Origin: Eledone cirrhosa
Lineage: Eukaryota
Reading direction: 5' to 3'
Length of the DNA: 64,000 nt
Assembly (NCBI GenBank): GCA_964016885.1
Contig: OZ024742.1
Location: 219,542,001-219,606,000 of the forward strand
Below are positions 1 to 13,715 of this stretch, in pieces (position 1 is the first letter of the stretch; each line of letters opens with the position of its first letter). The notes under the pieces were generated by a model. That model did not search any database, had not been told where the DNA came from, and saw only the letters and a list, made by a program, of their open reading frames with translations. The position numbers and the translations under genes were made by a program.

Positions 1-670
1 ATCTCATTATCATTATCATCATCATCATCGTTTAACATCCATTTTTCTACGCTAGCATGGGTTAGATAAGTTGTCCTATTGTGAGACAAGTCAGGTCAGA
101 TGACCCTGTCTCTCTAACACAGAACTTGCTTTCTATGGCTAGATGCCCTTCCTAATACCAACTACATTTACAGTCTGGACTGGGTGCTTTTTATCATGGC
201 ACCAAAAAGACCACTTTACAGATTTTTGCTCCTTCTCGGGCACATGGGAAGGCGGGTCTTCTGCAGTACTGTTTGGAAAGGGGGAGTGGGTGGAAGAAGT
301 GGTGCACACTAGAGCCCACTACATGTTGTTACAACCTGTGTGCATGGGAAGGTGGGTCTTCTGCAGTATTGCAAAACGCCACAGAACTTGATCTTGTGAT
401 ATCACCTTTGAGAGGTACAATTGTGTGAGGTCAGTTTTTATCACTTCTGCATACGGCATCCAGGTCTCCTATAATTTTACTGTTCATATACATGCATCTT
501 ACAATCTATCCTTCATTTTGAGGGGAAAACCATTTGTAGCTAGCAGAAATTGTAGCTCACTGAATTTTCGCCAACCCATTTTCACTCTGGCTACTGTACA
601 TTCGGAAGACCTACCTCCACTGCTAATTTGGTCATCCAGGTGTGATCTTTTTTCTACAGAACCCTCTAAG

Positions 671-714
<44 letters not shown>

Positions 715-1233
715 TCATCATCATCATCATCATCATCGTTTAACGTCCATGTTCCACGCTTGCATGGGTTTGGACGGGAGTTTTCCACTTGAGGCAAGAG
801 TGGTTGTCTTGCTCGCATAGGACTGTCTAGCGGGTTTTCTACAGCTGGATGCCCTTCCTAACACCAACCACATTTACAGTGTGAGACTGGGAGGTTTTTA
901 CCGTGTTGCCTACACGGCCACATTACAGCGTGGACTGTGTGTTTTTTGTCGTGACACCTACACGATCTCATTTGTTTCGGCCTGGATGTTGTGGCACCAA
1001 CGTAACTTTACATTGAAAGGGGTGGTAGAGATGCTTACTGACTGTAGTAGGTTTACTTTGTATTTAGGCAAGGCGGGTCTTCTCTATTACTGAGTGCCGC
1101 CAAAGATCTCGGTCCAGTGACATTGTCTTGGAGAGGTGTAAGTGTGTGAGGTCGGAATTTATCAGGTCGTCCCAGGTTTTTCTGGGTCTGCCTACTCCGT
1201 GGCTACCGTCTATCTTTATTGCCCTGCACTGCA

Positions 1234-1482
<249 letters not shown>

Positions 1483-1594
1483 GAAAAGAGTCAGGACCCC
1501 GATGGCTGAACTGCGGCTGTTTTGACAGCTAGATCAGTTCGGATTTAGCTGTCGAAATGGCCGGAGCTCAGCCGTCAGGGTCCTGACTCTTTTC
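1483..1594. repeat. Long imperfect palindrome/hairpin (~53-bp stem)
   Basis: GAAAAGAGTCAGGACCC...GGGTCCTGACTCTTTTC. Confidence 0.9.
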
Positions 1595-1674
1595 CTATTA
1601 CCCACTCTACTACTCTAAGTATTGAGTACTCTGGTTTGTTATGGTCCACCTGGTATCTTACCACACCCTCTTTG

Positions 1675-1721
<47 letters not shown>

Positions 1722-3522
1722 CATCATCGTTTTTATAACCACTTTTCCAAGTTGGCATGAATCAGATAGAACTTTACAGGTAACATTAGAATATACTGTA
1801 CTTATTCTAAAATCTGTGGTTGAAATATTCAATAGAAAAAATCAAAGAAAGCAGTGGTGCAACAAAATGAAGAAGAGTTCTAGCTTCTTGCTGTAGACAC
1901 ATTCTCAAAATATTGACCAATTTCTATCAACATTTTAAAATACATTTTAAAAACATGTTTTTCTTTCCTTTGTGTGATAAAAATCAACTTGTAATGATTA
2001 TACTAACTAGCAGAAAAACCACCCTTTGAGTGGTTTTCTGCTAGCATGTGTAGTTGGTATATTGATATTATACACAAGTATATATACATGTAGATATGAT
2101 ACATCAAATAAAATCATAATTGACATGTAGATATGATACATCAAATAAAATCGTAATACACAGAAATTGAAGAGAGACTGTGTTACACTGTCTTATGTAA
2201 TCAGTAACGTAATCCATGATACATTTTAAAAAAGACGATATTATATATAAACTGCATTAGGAGAAAATTAGTGACAGAAAATTAATATGTTTATTTAAGC
2301 GATCGCCACCTGAAGTGTTGACATTTGAAAATTTTAAGGAAGTGAATCTTTAAATAAATAATAAAATATATTTAATGATCAGCCACGAAATTTAGTAGAT
2401 AAATTATGTAATATTAATTCATTATTTATTCAAAGTAATCCAACTTATTTTACTAATGGGATAAAAAAATTATAAACTGTACGCAGTCCCGCGTTTCTTA
2501 CTTTATTATAGTTTAGATCAAAGGTTCTCAACGGGAGGCATATGCACCTCCGATGGGCGTTTCGGAGCTCCAGGGGAGCGTTCTGGAGCAAGGTAGGTGA
2601 GTTAGGGGGGTGTTTGAAGCTTTGGGTGGTACTGGAAGGCTCTTTACTTTGGTAAATTTTATAAACCATATTTGTACATCTCTGAGACAGTCAGTGTGAA
2701 TGCATCTGAATGAAGAAAACGAAGAAAATAAATTAAAATAATAGCTTGTCAACGAATTCCCTCGGGAGATAAAAGAAAAACAAAAGAAATCAAAGAAAAT
2801 GAAAGTAAGGGCAACGTCAACTATGACAACAGTTAAAAGAACAACAGAAACGACAAGAAAAAGAATCAGTGGTGATAAAAGGTGTGGGTGTATACATATA
2901 CATACATACAATCATACACACACATGCATACGTACATACAGACACAGGCCGGCGTTGGTGTTTGATGAGGTTGAGAACCTGGTCAGCTTTCAGCCAGAGC
3001 TGTGGTAGTTAATCTCCCTCGGTAATAAAATCTGGAGCCCAAATTCTCTCCTTACCAAAAAAACATAAATCATGTCAACATCCTTAAATATAAATCATCA
3101 TCATCATCATTTTACGTCCGCTTTTCCCTGCTTGCAAGGGTGGGACGGGAACTGATTCCGGCTTGGTTTCTACAGCTGGATGCCCTTCCTAACACCAACC
3201 TCATTTACAGTGAGTGCTGCTGGGTGCTTTTTTTTCGTGACGCCTACACGTCCACTTTACAGTGTGGGCTGGGTACTTTTTTGCCGTGGCACCTCCACGA
3301 CCACTATGCATGCATATATATACAAATATATAAATGTATAGCTATATACATACGTAAATGTATGTATGTATATATGTATGTAGATTTATATATATATATA
3401 TATATACAGATAATTTAATATATCAACTAACATAAGCGCACAGATGCACGCCCATGCCAGTAAATACACAGGTTATGTCATAGTACCTAGGTGGTTCAAT
3501 GCAGGAGAATGCAGAACAATAA

Positions 3523-3548
3523 TATAAAGGACGTAAAATAAGAAAATA

Positions 3549-3585
<37 letters not shown>

Positions 3586-3831
3586 AAAATTTTTTTTTTT
3601 TTTTTTTTTACTTGAAGCAGTGAGAATTTCGGTACATAGAATCCAGTCCTCGCAAGCTGTTCGATCTACCGAATTATTATTATTTTTATATGAGCCGCCA
3701 GTGTCCGCGCATTGCCTGGAGACTTAACTGAGAATAGACTCCCTGATGACGCAATGAATTCTCGACAGTTGTATTACGTAACTGTCTTTATCCCATTGCA
3801 GAAACTAATTAGTTGGAGTGAAAATTTAAGT

Positions 3832-3869
<38 letters not shown>

Positions 3870-3873
3870 TTTT

Positions 3874-3911
<38 letters not shown>

Positions 3912-3938
3912 TATTTTCTTATTTTACGTCCTTTATAT
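3523..3938. mobile_element. Non-autonomous Penelope/retrozyme-like unit bounded by inverted repeats
   Basis: TATAAAGGACGTAAAATAAGAAAATATCTTTT-A(n)-T(n) at the left, its reverse complement at the right; encloses the hammerhead. Confidence 0.6.
3738..3819 (+). ncRNA. Type I hammerhead ribozyme motif
   Basis: Stem I ACTCC/GGAGT; CTGATGA; stem II GCAATG/CATTGC with nested GACAGTT/AACTGTC; GAAA; palindromic stem III CTAATTAG; cleavage triplet GTT. Confidence 0.8.
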
Positions 3939-4073
3939 ATATATATACATGTATGTATGTATAGTACAGTTGACAATATACCGTATGTTTGATTAAAAAC
4001 ATTTGTAAGACCACACGCTATCAGTTTTAAAGTAGTAACTATGTCATTTCTTTTCGGTGAAAGAAAGGAGAAA

Positions 4074-4115
4074 AGCTGACAGTCTGTTTCACGCTGGTTG
4101 GAGTTCATCAGAGCC
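4074..4115 (-). ncRNA. Minimal type I hammerhead ribozyme motif
   Basis: Minus strand reads GGCT CTGATGA ACTCCAACCAGCGT GAAA CAGACTG TC AGCT. GUC triplet; weak stem II. Confidence 0.7.
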
Positions 4116-4315
4116 ACGCATTCCCCTGGTTCTGCCCAAAATTATAGAAGCTGGATTCTTATAGAATTCCAGTAATAATCAGAAGCTGATTATACAGAGC
4201 GATTGCCGGTCCAGCAAAAATTAGGTATTAGGATTGGTGCTCTGAAATAGCGATGTATACATGAATGTATGTATAGTATATTTGGCAATATACCGTATGT
4301 TTAATTAAATATATA

Positions 4316-4387
<72 letters not shown>

Positions 4388-5082
4388 TGTATGTAGAGTA
4401 TATTTGGCAATATACCATATGTTTAATTAAAAACATTTAGAAGACCATACACTATCAGTTTTAATGTAGTGACTATGTCACTTCTTTTCAGCTTAAACAT
4501 ACGGTATATTGCCAAATATACTATACATACATTCATGAATACATCGCTATTTTAGAGTACCAATAGGGTCCGTACCATAGATAGAACTCAATGTAATCCA
4601 GTGAAATCCTGGGTACAAGCCGAAGCTGAAGCATATAGACAATATGCCCCCACCCCCTCCCATTGCAAAGTGGTCGTGGAGGTGCCACGGCAAAAAAGCA
4701 CCCAGCACTCACAGTAAGTGAGGTTGGTGTTAGGAAGGGCATCCAGCTGTAGAAACCAAGCCAGAATCAGTTCCCGTATGAGCAAGACATGGTCAGCCGA
4801 CCGGCTACTGCCCACAACAGGAAAACCCGTCTAACCCATACTAGCGTGGAAGAACGGACGTAAAACGGTGATGATGATGATATACACACACACACATATA
4901 TATATCATCATCATCATCATCATCACCGTTTTACGTCCGTTCTTCCACGCTAGCATGGGTTAGACGGGTTGTCCTGTTGTGGGCAGTGTCTGGTCACAAC
5001 AGGACAACCCGTATATATATATATATACATATATATATATACACGTATATATATATATATACATACATATATATATACACAA

Positions 5083-5435
5083 TGAAGGCGCATGGCTTAG
5101 TGGTTAGAGCATTGGCCTTGCAATCGAAAGATTGTGAGTTCAATTCTCGGACCAGGTGATGTGTTGTTTCCTTGAGCAAGACACTTTATTTCACATTGCT
5201 CCAGTTTACTCAGCTGTAGAAATGAGATGATAGGGACTGGGGTCTCTATCATTCCACTGCAAAGTGAACGTGGCGGTGCCACGGCGAAAAAGCACCCAGC
5301 ACTCACTGTAAATGAGGTTGGTGTTAGGAAGGGCATCCAGCTGTAGAAATCAAGCCAGAATCAGTTCCTGTCTCACCCTTGCAAGCAGGGAAAAAGTGGA
5401 CGTAAAATGATGATGATGATGATGATGATGATGAT
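5083..5435 (+). mobile_element. tRNA-headed SINE family S2 with RTE-derived 3' tail and (GAT)n end (similar copy 47037-47345; partial copies at 1-200, 715-1010, 3095-3305, 4665-4880, 5500-5790, 7300-7480, 7515-7905, 14245-14540, 42100-42320)
   Basis: TGGCTTAGTGG A-box, GAGTTCAATTC B-box, CCTTGAGCAAGACACTT core, GGAAGGGCATCCAGCTGTAGAAA body, GGACGTAAAATGATGATG end. Confidence 0.85.
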
Positions 5436-5472
<37 letters not shown>

Positions 5473-5829
5473 TATATACACATACATATATATATATATA
5501 TCATCGTTATCATCATCATTTAACGTCCATCTTCCACGCTTGCATGGGTTTGGACGGGAGTTTTCCCACTTGAGGCAAGATTTGTTGTCCTGCTCGTATA
5601 GGACTGTCTGGCGGGTTTTCTACAGCTGGATGCCCTTCCTAACACCAACCACGTTTACAGTGTGGACTGGGAGGTTTTTACCATGTTACCTACACGGCCA
5701 CATTACAGCGTTGACTGTGTTTTTTTGTCGTGACACCTACACGACATCATTTGTTTCGGATTGGATGTTGTGGTACCAACATAACTTCACATTTAGGGGG
5801 GGGGAGGGGGGGGTAGAGTTGCCTACTGA

Positions 5830-6440
5830 CTGTAGGTTTCGCTTTGTACTTAGGCAAGGCGGGTCTTCTCTATTACTGTGTAGCGCCAAAGATCTCGGTC
5901 CAGTGACATTGTCTTGGAGAGGTGTAAGTGTGTGAGGTCGGAATTTATCAAGTCGTCCCAGGTTTTTCTGGGTCTGCCTACTCCGTGGCTACCGTCTATT
6001 TTTATTGCCCTGCACTTTTTTATACAGCTGTCGTCTTTCATGCGCATCACGTAACCGTACCAACGTAGTCTTCTCTCGAGTAAACAACATCTGATCCCTC
6101 TTATTCCTAATTTCTCACTTAGTTCGTTTATGCTTTGGCGTTCACGTATTACACATCCAGTGGAGCATGCAAGCTTCGTTTCTCTCCAGTCTGCGTATAT
6201 CCTCTGCACACAATGCCCAGGTCTCACTGCCATGTAACATTGCTGTTCGTATGCAGGCATCATATCGTATGCAGGCTTTCATTTTTAGAGAGAACCCTTT
6301 AGCGGCTAATAGTGGTATAAGCTCTCTGAACTTTTTCCATCCCGTTCTGACTCTAGCTACTGTACTTTCAGAGCACCCTCCCCCACTGCTGATTTTGTCA
6401 CCCAGGTAATGGAAGGTGTCCACTATTTCTATATATGTCC
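5830..6440 (-). mobile_element. RTE LINE 3' fragment (related pieces at 420-650, 1040-1235, 42640-42800)
   Basis: FHYLGD...GGGCSE..ARVRTGWKKFREL..MLHGSETW..RRLRWYG..GRPRKTW; homologous to the 43-46 kb LINE. Confidence 0.9.
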
Positions 6441-6467
6441 ACTATTTCTATATATATATATATATAT

Positions 6468-6515
<48 letters not shown>

Positions 6516-7240
6516 GGTGGCTGCCAACTCGTTTTCGAGTACGGCCACTACTTTATATCCATGTAGGAGAACTCCTACCGATGCGCTGAACGAGTGTGAC
6601 TTTTTAGTCCACCCAGCGACTTGAAAACTCTGGTACAAACACTACACTTGTGACAATTATTGACACATAGTGCTGGGCCCATGGTACCATGTGACGACAA
6701 GTGCAAAGAGATCTCCAGATATAAAGCAATGCCTGAGCCGTGAAGCTTTTATAGTGAACAAAGGCACTGCACAAAGCCAGTCCCACTCTCTTAACCAAGA
6801 TGATATTTACCAAAAAGAAGAACATGTCAACATCATTGGATACCATCAGAGTTGCAGGTGTTATATCAGTTTTCCTTCTCCTAGAATTCTGCCTTGACAA
6901 AGGCTAAGGGGTCATCTCTCCCGGTGATTTTGGATGGCCATTGACTCTTAAGAGCCCCTTTGCCCTTTGACAGGTTTTGTTTTTAGTCCTGCAGGATGTC
7001 CAAAGTCACCCTCCTCACCAAGAAACCTTAGTGGGGTTGCCAGTTTAGTCGCCAACGACCCGACCATGAGACAGGTTGTACTGGGATACATGTTACCAGT
7101 AGCACCAACTGGTGACCTGACATATACACACATACATATATATATACATACATATATATATGTTGATGGCTGCCCCCTCGTTATCGAGTATGGCCATTGC
7201 ACGAGAAGAAAAAAAAAAATAAAAATAAAAAATAAAATAA

Positions 7241-7271
<31 letters not shown>

Positions 7272-7478
7272 AAATAAAAAAAAAGAAGAAATATATATAT
7301 CATCATCATCATCATCATCAACGTTTAACGTCCGTGTTCCACGCTTGCATGGGTTTGGACGGGGGTAGTCCCACTTGAGGCAAGAGTGATTGTCTTGCTC
7401 GCATAGGACTGTCTGGCAGGCTTTCTACAGTTGGATGCCCTTCCTAACACCAACCACATTTACAGTGTGGGTCTGGGA

Positions 7479-7514
<36 letters not shown>

Positions 7515-7881
7515 CATCCAGGCCGAAACAAATGAGATCGTGTAGGTGTCACGACAAAAAACACACAGTCCACGCTGTAAATGTGGCCGTGTAGGCAACA
7601 CGGTAAAAACCTCCCAGCCCCACACTGTAAATGTGGTTGGTGTTAGGAAGGGCATCCAGCTGTAGAAAACCCGCCAGACAGTCCACGCTGTAATGTGGCC
7701 GTGTAGGCAACACGGTAAAAACCTCCCAGCCCCACACTGTAAATGTGGTTGGTGTTAGGAAGGGCATCCAACTGTAGAAAACCCGCCAGACAGTCCTATG
7801 CGAGCAAGACAACCACTCTTGCCTCAAGTGGGAAAACCCCCGTCCAAACCCATGCAAGCGTGGAACACGGACGCTAAACCT

Positions 7882-7996
7882 GATGATGATGATGATGATG
7901 ATGATATATATATATATATATATATACATACATACATATATACATACACACACATACACATACACACACACATACACACACACATACATTAATAAC

Positions 7997-8039
<43 letters not shown>

Positions 8040-8149
8040 GCAATAATAATAATAACGACAACAACAATAATAATATACATATTCATATATATATACACAC
8101 ACACGCACATAATATATATACATACACACACACGCACGCACATAAGCAT

Positions 8150-8184
<35 letters not shown>
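7882..8184. repeat. Compound microsatellite (GAT)n-(TA)n-(CA)n-(AAT)n-(CA)n
   Basis: Visible. Confidence 0.95.
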
Positions 8185-8185
<1 letters not shown>

Positions 8186-10246
8186 TAACAACTAACAGTG
8201 CTGCGATCGAATGTGGCTTTTTAGCCCAGCCAATGATCTAAAATGTCTTGCACAGAGTCAGCAACCAAAACATTCACTGGGAATAGTCGGCTGTGGTTGG
8301 AGTTCGTGTACTTTTGCATGTCGCTTGAGCCCTCCTGCTGATTTACATTCTCTACCACATGTTTGGCAAGCATGATGAGTAGCATCTCCAACAGCAGCCT
8401 GGTAGTCAACCACTGGTCTTACTTTATGACTGCGAAGATGACTTTCGAGTCCAGCTTTGCTTAAGCAGAGTCTCACACAGACGCTGCATGTCAGCACCAT
8501 AGGAGGACCCTCGCCGTCTGGAAGTGCAACAACAATGCCCTTCCTCACATCCCACTTTACTTTCTCGTGTGCAATTCGAGATGCCTCAAAGGCAACTTTT
8601 CCCTCATATACAGTCTTTCTCCATTTATTACGATCAGCAGCAATATTTTCTCATGTATCAGCAGAGATGTTAGCGTCTTTCAGAGAGGCTTTCAAGGAAT
8701 CCTTATACCTCTTTTTTGGTTTATGTGGCGTTTTCCTTTAACCAACTCTCCATAGAAGAGTTGTTTTGGTATTCTAGAATCCTTTATCCTGGCAAGGTGA
8801 CCACTCCAACAGAGCCTTTGCTTAAGCACAAGAGCTTCTATACTGTCACACATAGAGCTTTCCAAAATCTCGACATCACTGATGTGGTCCCTCCAGTGAA
8901 CGCCATGGATCCGTCTGAGACACATCTGATGGAAACGCGCCAATTGCTTAAGGTGGTGTCAATATGTGACCCAGGTCTCGCAGGCATAAAGAAGACAAGA
9001 GAGTACACATGCCCTGTACACCTTTACCTTTGTCCTCCTGCATATGTCTCGCCGACCCCAGAGTCGCCTTTCTAGCTTTCTGAAAGCATCACTTGCTTTC
9101 CTAATCCTAAGTGAGATTTCACTGTCAAGGTTGCCGTATCGATTGACAGTGCTTCCCAGGTAGACACACTGATCAACCACTCCAAGTCGTTTGCCATACA
9201 CATAGATGTTTGGTTCAGTGTACTGCTTACTAGGGGCAGGTTGGTACATAACGACGGTTTTCTTGAGACTGACAGTCAAACCCAGGGCAGTGCAAGCGTC
9301 AGAAAATGCATTCAAAATGTGCTGCATATCACTCTCTGTGTGCGCTACAAGATCGCAATCATCTGCATACAAGAGGTCTCTTATGATTGATGTAAATACT
9401 TTTGTCTTCGCAGCAAAGCGCCTGATGTTAAATATGCTGCCTGAGGTTCGATATCGGATGTAAACACCATGCTCGCAATTCCTGAATGCAATACAGAAAA
9501 CCATTGCAAAGTATATGGCAAATAGGGTCGGTGCTGGAATATCCCCCTGTTTCACTCCATTTTTTACTGAGATAGGCTCCGACATGTTACCTCCGACATT
9601 AACCCAAGCCTTCATGTCGTCATGGAAAGACCTAACTAAAGCAAGGAACTTATCAGTGCAACCAAGTTTCTGGAGAACCTTCCATAATGCCTCTCTGTTG
9701 ACAGTATCGAAAGCCTTTGTCAGATCGACAAAAACCTGATACAGATCCAAGCCTTGTTCAATGCACTTCTGGAGCTGTCTAGCTGAGAAGATCATATCAG
9801 TAGTGCCGCGTCCAGCACGAAAACCAGATTGACTTTCAGGAAGAACACAATCTGCAATGTGTGTCAGCAGACGGTCCAGAAGCACCCTACATAAAACTTT
9901 TCCTACGACAGAAAGCAATGATATACCTCTGTAGTTTCCACAATCATTCTTGTTACCCTTTCCCTTGTACAAGACCACCATTACTGCATCTCTCCAGTCC
10001 TCAGGTACGGATTCACTAGCCCATATCCTGTCAAACAAAGAGTGAAGATGTTGCAGAAGTCTCTCACCACCATATTGTAAGAGCTCTGCATGTATGCCAT
10101 CCATACCTGGAGAACTTCCACTGTTCAGCTTCGGGATAGCTACTGCAACCTCGACAAGTGTCGGTGGTTCTGCGAGAGCTACTTTCACAGGACTTTCTGG
10201 AATGAGATTGAGGAAATCTTCACTGATGACAGACGGCTGATTCAAA
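8185..10246 (-). mobile_element. RTE (BovB-like) LINE, 5'-truncated, with C-terminal C2H2 fingers
   Basis: [36 protein letters not shown]. Stop at 8959 and frameshifts. CSVC..HLRSH and CQTC..HAKVH. Bounded by microsatellites. Confidence 0.93.
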
Positions 10247-10320
10247 AGATATATATATATATATATATACACACATACATATATATATACATACATATAT
10301 ATATACATACATATATATAT

Positions 10321-10444
<124 letters not shown>

Positions 10445-13024
10445 GTTGTTATTTGACGTTGTTGAAAAGAGGAGTGGCCTTTGACCTGGAAATAAAAACT
10501 GGAGACAAAATTCTTTCTGTACCGAAAACAAGGCACACGCACACACACTTACAAGTTTGTGTGTGTGTGTATCTATCTATATATATATAAGGGATACATA
10601 TATTGTTTGCTCCCTGTCACTAAACATCCCAATTCATTTGTTGCAACTAAGTTTGTGATGGACCTATTTTATTTTGTAAAGTACTATTTTCCCCTTGAGT
10701 TTGTGATTCCAGAGAAAGGTAAGAATTTCTTCATATTTTGCATCTTTTATATTTTGACTTTACAGTTTGAATTGTAGAATTGTCTAACCACTCAAAATAT
10801 TGCAACAGCTAACAGTGAAATATAGAAATTTAAAAATTTTTCGACTGAGATCAAGTCTTTGAGAACATTCACGTCTATTTTTCAAAAATATATAATTTGA
10901 AATTCGCTTTTGTTTTGGACTGTATTTTTTTTTAAATTTAATTTGTACAAGTATCTTTTAAGGATTTTTTAAAAGATTCTAACGTAACTTGATTTGGCCC
11001 AGTAATCTATTGATATCAAAATAAGGAGTGTATTGAAAAATGGAAAAATAGGGTAGGGGGGAGTCTCGTGATTTCGATGGGCAAAAGGGGGCATTTGGTC
11101 GAAATGGGTTGAGAACCTGTGGTTTAGATTGTACGCTTTTAAAAATTATTTCTGATGGCCTTGGAAGAACATTTTAGATGAGTAGTTAATGGAAGCACCA
11201 TGTGTGACAAAACTACACTTAGTTTTGAGGAAAGGGGTTTAAGTGAGACCTTTTTAGTACCTTTTCATATTATAAGTCATGTAATGATTTAAAAGCACCA
11301 GTTAATCTTTTTACCAGGCTTAAATACACATTACAGTGATATTGATGCTTCTAGGACTTTGCTAACCAGCACTGGCAATGATTGGGATTATTTTAGATAA
11401 ATGTACTCTTCTTTTTAAATAAAACTGCAATGCAATCTGCAAGCAGTATTTAGAAAAAGAAACATGTGATGTATGTACAGAATCAAAGGTTGAAGCCCAA
11501 ATATTCTAAACATAAAACTGGTGTGACTTATCTTTCATTGTAACTATATATAAGTATGTACAATAAGTATTTCTATTTTGGTATTTAATGCTCACAATAT
11601 AAAATATTTTAACACCTATCAAAAGAAATAAATAAGTGGGCGTTAGTATATTAAATACAAACAGCATTAAAATCTAAACTATAATTCATCAATAGATACA
11701 TATTTCATAGAAATTCCTTTACATATTTCATTCAATCTACATTAAGTTTGTATAACTATTTTCAAATATAGAATTCTGTTTGGACTAATTTCAGTTATCT
11801 CATTACAATGAAATACATTTATTACATAATGAAGCCATCTATTATAATAATTATTTATGTATTCCTTTTGAAAGTATTTCAGTGTAAATGCCTCAGTGTT
11901 CTTCATTTCCCCATTGTTTACTATTAATATAATCAGGTGATGAAACGAATTCTTTTGATGAGTGAAAAGATTGATGTTATACATATACTAGAATTATTAT
12001 ATAAGTATTTAATAAGATTTAGTTAAAATTTCAAGTAGTAAATTGGCAGAGGCATTAGAGAGCTGGATTAAAGTACCATGTGGTATTTGTTCCAGCTATC
12101 TGTACACTCTGTTCAGATCCCACTGAAGTCAACTTTCACTTTTGTCCTTTCAGGGACAATAAAATAAAGTACCTGTCCAGAGATAGTGGATTGGCAGATA
12201 TATTACAGTATCATACAAGATGCTTTCTAAAGTCTGTTCTGGTTCTTTGTGTTTTCAGTTTAAAGTTCACACCCTATCCAACATGTATTTGGCCAGTATG
12301 AAAATGTAAGTTTAAAACCAAAATAGTTGCTGAGGTTTTATCCAGCTGTGGATAAAAAAAAGCTGAGTAAATCTCCCCTTCTGTCACAAATAACCCTGGG
12401 ATTTACACCTAAAAAATTCCCCCTCTGAGGCACAAGTCTGGACAAGGTTGTTTGTGGAAGACCAACAGTCGCCCATGCATACCAATCTCCCATCTCCACA
12501 CCACTGATGTTGTGCAAGGGAAAAGCACAGGCTGATACAGCTTGGATAAAAAATAGCTGGCTAGAATGTAGAATTCCATTAAAGTTCAACAATTACATTT
12601 TATTTATGCATTTAGCTCTTGTTTTTATACTCCATTCGTGTTTTGTTTATTTCATATTATATAACTTTTGTTATCCAAAATCAATATTGCCTTTCATCCT
12701 TTTGGCACTAATAAATAAATAAATAATATCAATTCAATAGTGGGTCGATCCCCCCCCCCTCTCTCTGGAAGAAATTATCTATGGCCCCACATGGAAAGGT
12801 ATATGCTCCACCAGAATTAAATGCCCAATACATGTCATATATCATGATAGTGCCTCTAACATTTCATTGGGAGTTGAAAACTCAAGGAACGAATGAAGCT
12901 TTGATTATATAAGAATTAAATTTTATGGATATTCTACAGATGAATTTCTGGAAATTTCAGCATAAATAAATGGATCTGGGGCTTGTTTTCTTATTGTACT
13001 CAATTGTTGTATTATTAAACACTC

Positions 13025-13380
13025 GGGATTGGCAGTATCGGTAGAGGTTCGGATGCCATGCTTTGACGCATAGTTATGGTCCTTGCCATTCTGAGTTCAA
13101 ATCCTGCCGAGGTTAACTTTGCCTTTCATCCTTACGGGGTCGATAAAATAAAGTACCAGTAATGCACTGGGTAATTGCTGGCCTTGTGCCAAAAGTAGAA
13201 ACAATTACTAAACACTCATATAAGGGCAGTGGATTGGCATTGGTAGAGCATTGGACAACATGCTTTGTGACAGAGAGTTGCGTCCCTTTACATTCTGAAT
13301 TCAAATCCCACCTAGATTAGCTTTGCCTTTCATCAAATTGCTGACCTTGTGCCTATAGTAGAAATCATTATTAAACACTG
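13025..13380 (+). mobile_element. Two tandem S1 SINE copies (others at ~12040-12180, 14941-15110, 16118-16297, 37480-37640, 48855-48972, 56003-56186, 57436-57615)
   Basis: Shared A/B boxes and GGCCTTGTGCCAAAAGTAGAAACAATTA tail. Confidence 0.88.
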
Positions 13381-13397
13381 ATATAAAATGTAATAAG

Positions 13398-13715
13398 TAT
13401 TGTTGTTGTTGTTATTATTGTGTTGGTTGTTATTGTTATAGTTGTTGTTGCAATTGTTATTGTGGTTGCTATCATTGTTTGTTGTTGTTATTATGGTTGT
13501 TGTGATTGCAATTGTTCTTGTCGTTGTTGTTGTTTCTATTGTTATTGTGATTGTTGTTGCTATTTTTATTGTGGATGTAACATTTGTTGTGGTTGTTATG
13601 GCTTTTATTGTTGCTAATATTATTGTTATTATTGTTATTATGGTTGTTGCTATTTTTATTGTGGCTGTTGTTGTTATGGTTATTGTTGTTTTTGCTGCTG
13701 TTATAATGGTTGCTG
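13398..13715. repeat. Degenerate (TTG/TTA)n trinucleotide tract
   Basis: Visible low-complexity run; source of spurious poly-V/N/T ORFs. Confidence 0.95.

Noticed and set aside
2007-2044. Short hairpin CTAGCAGAAAAACCAC...GTGGTTTTCTGCTAG; also a Helentron/DINE-like stretch at 37140-37320
   Set aside because: Not enough flanking structure to assign an element.
6948-7120. Structured GC-rich stretch resembling an RTE 5' UTR with possible HDV or twister ribozyme (also 12360-12545)
   Set aside because: Could not assign a complete ribozyme fold by eye; needs an Infernal search.
13025-13110. tRNA-like A/B boxes
   Set aside because: These are SINE heads with no cloverleaf; not tRNA genes.
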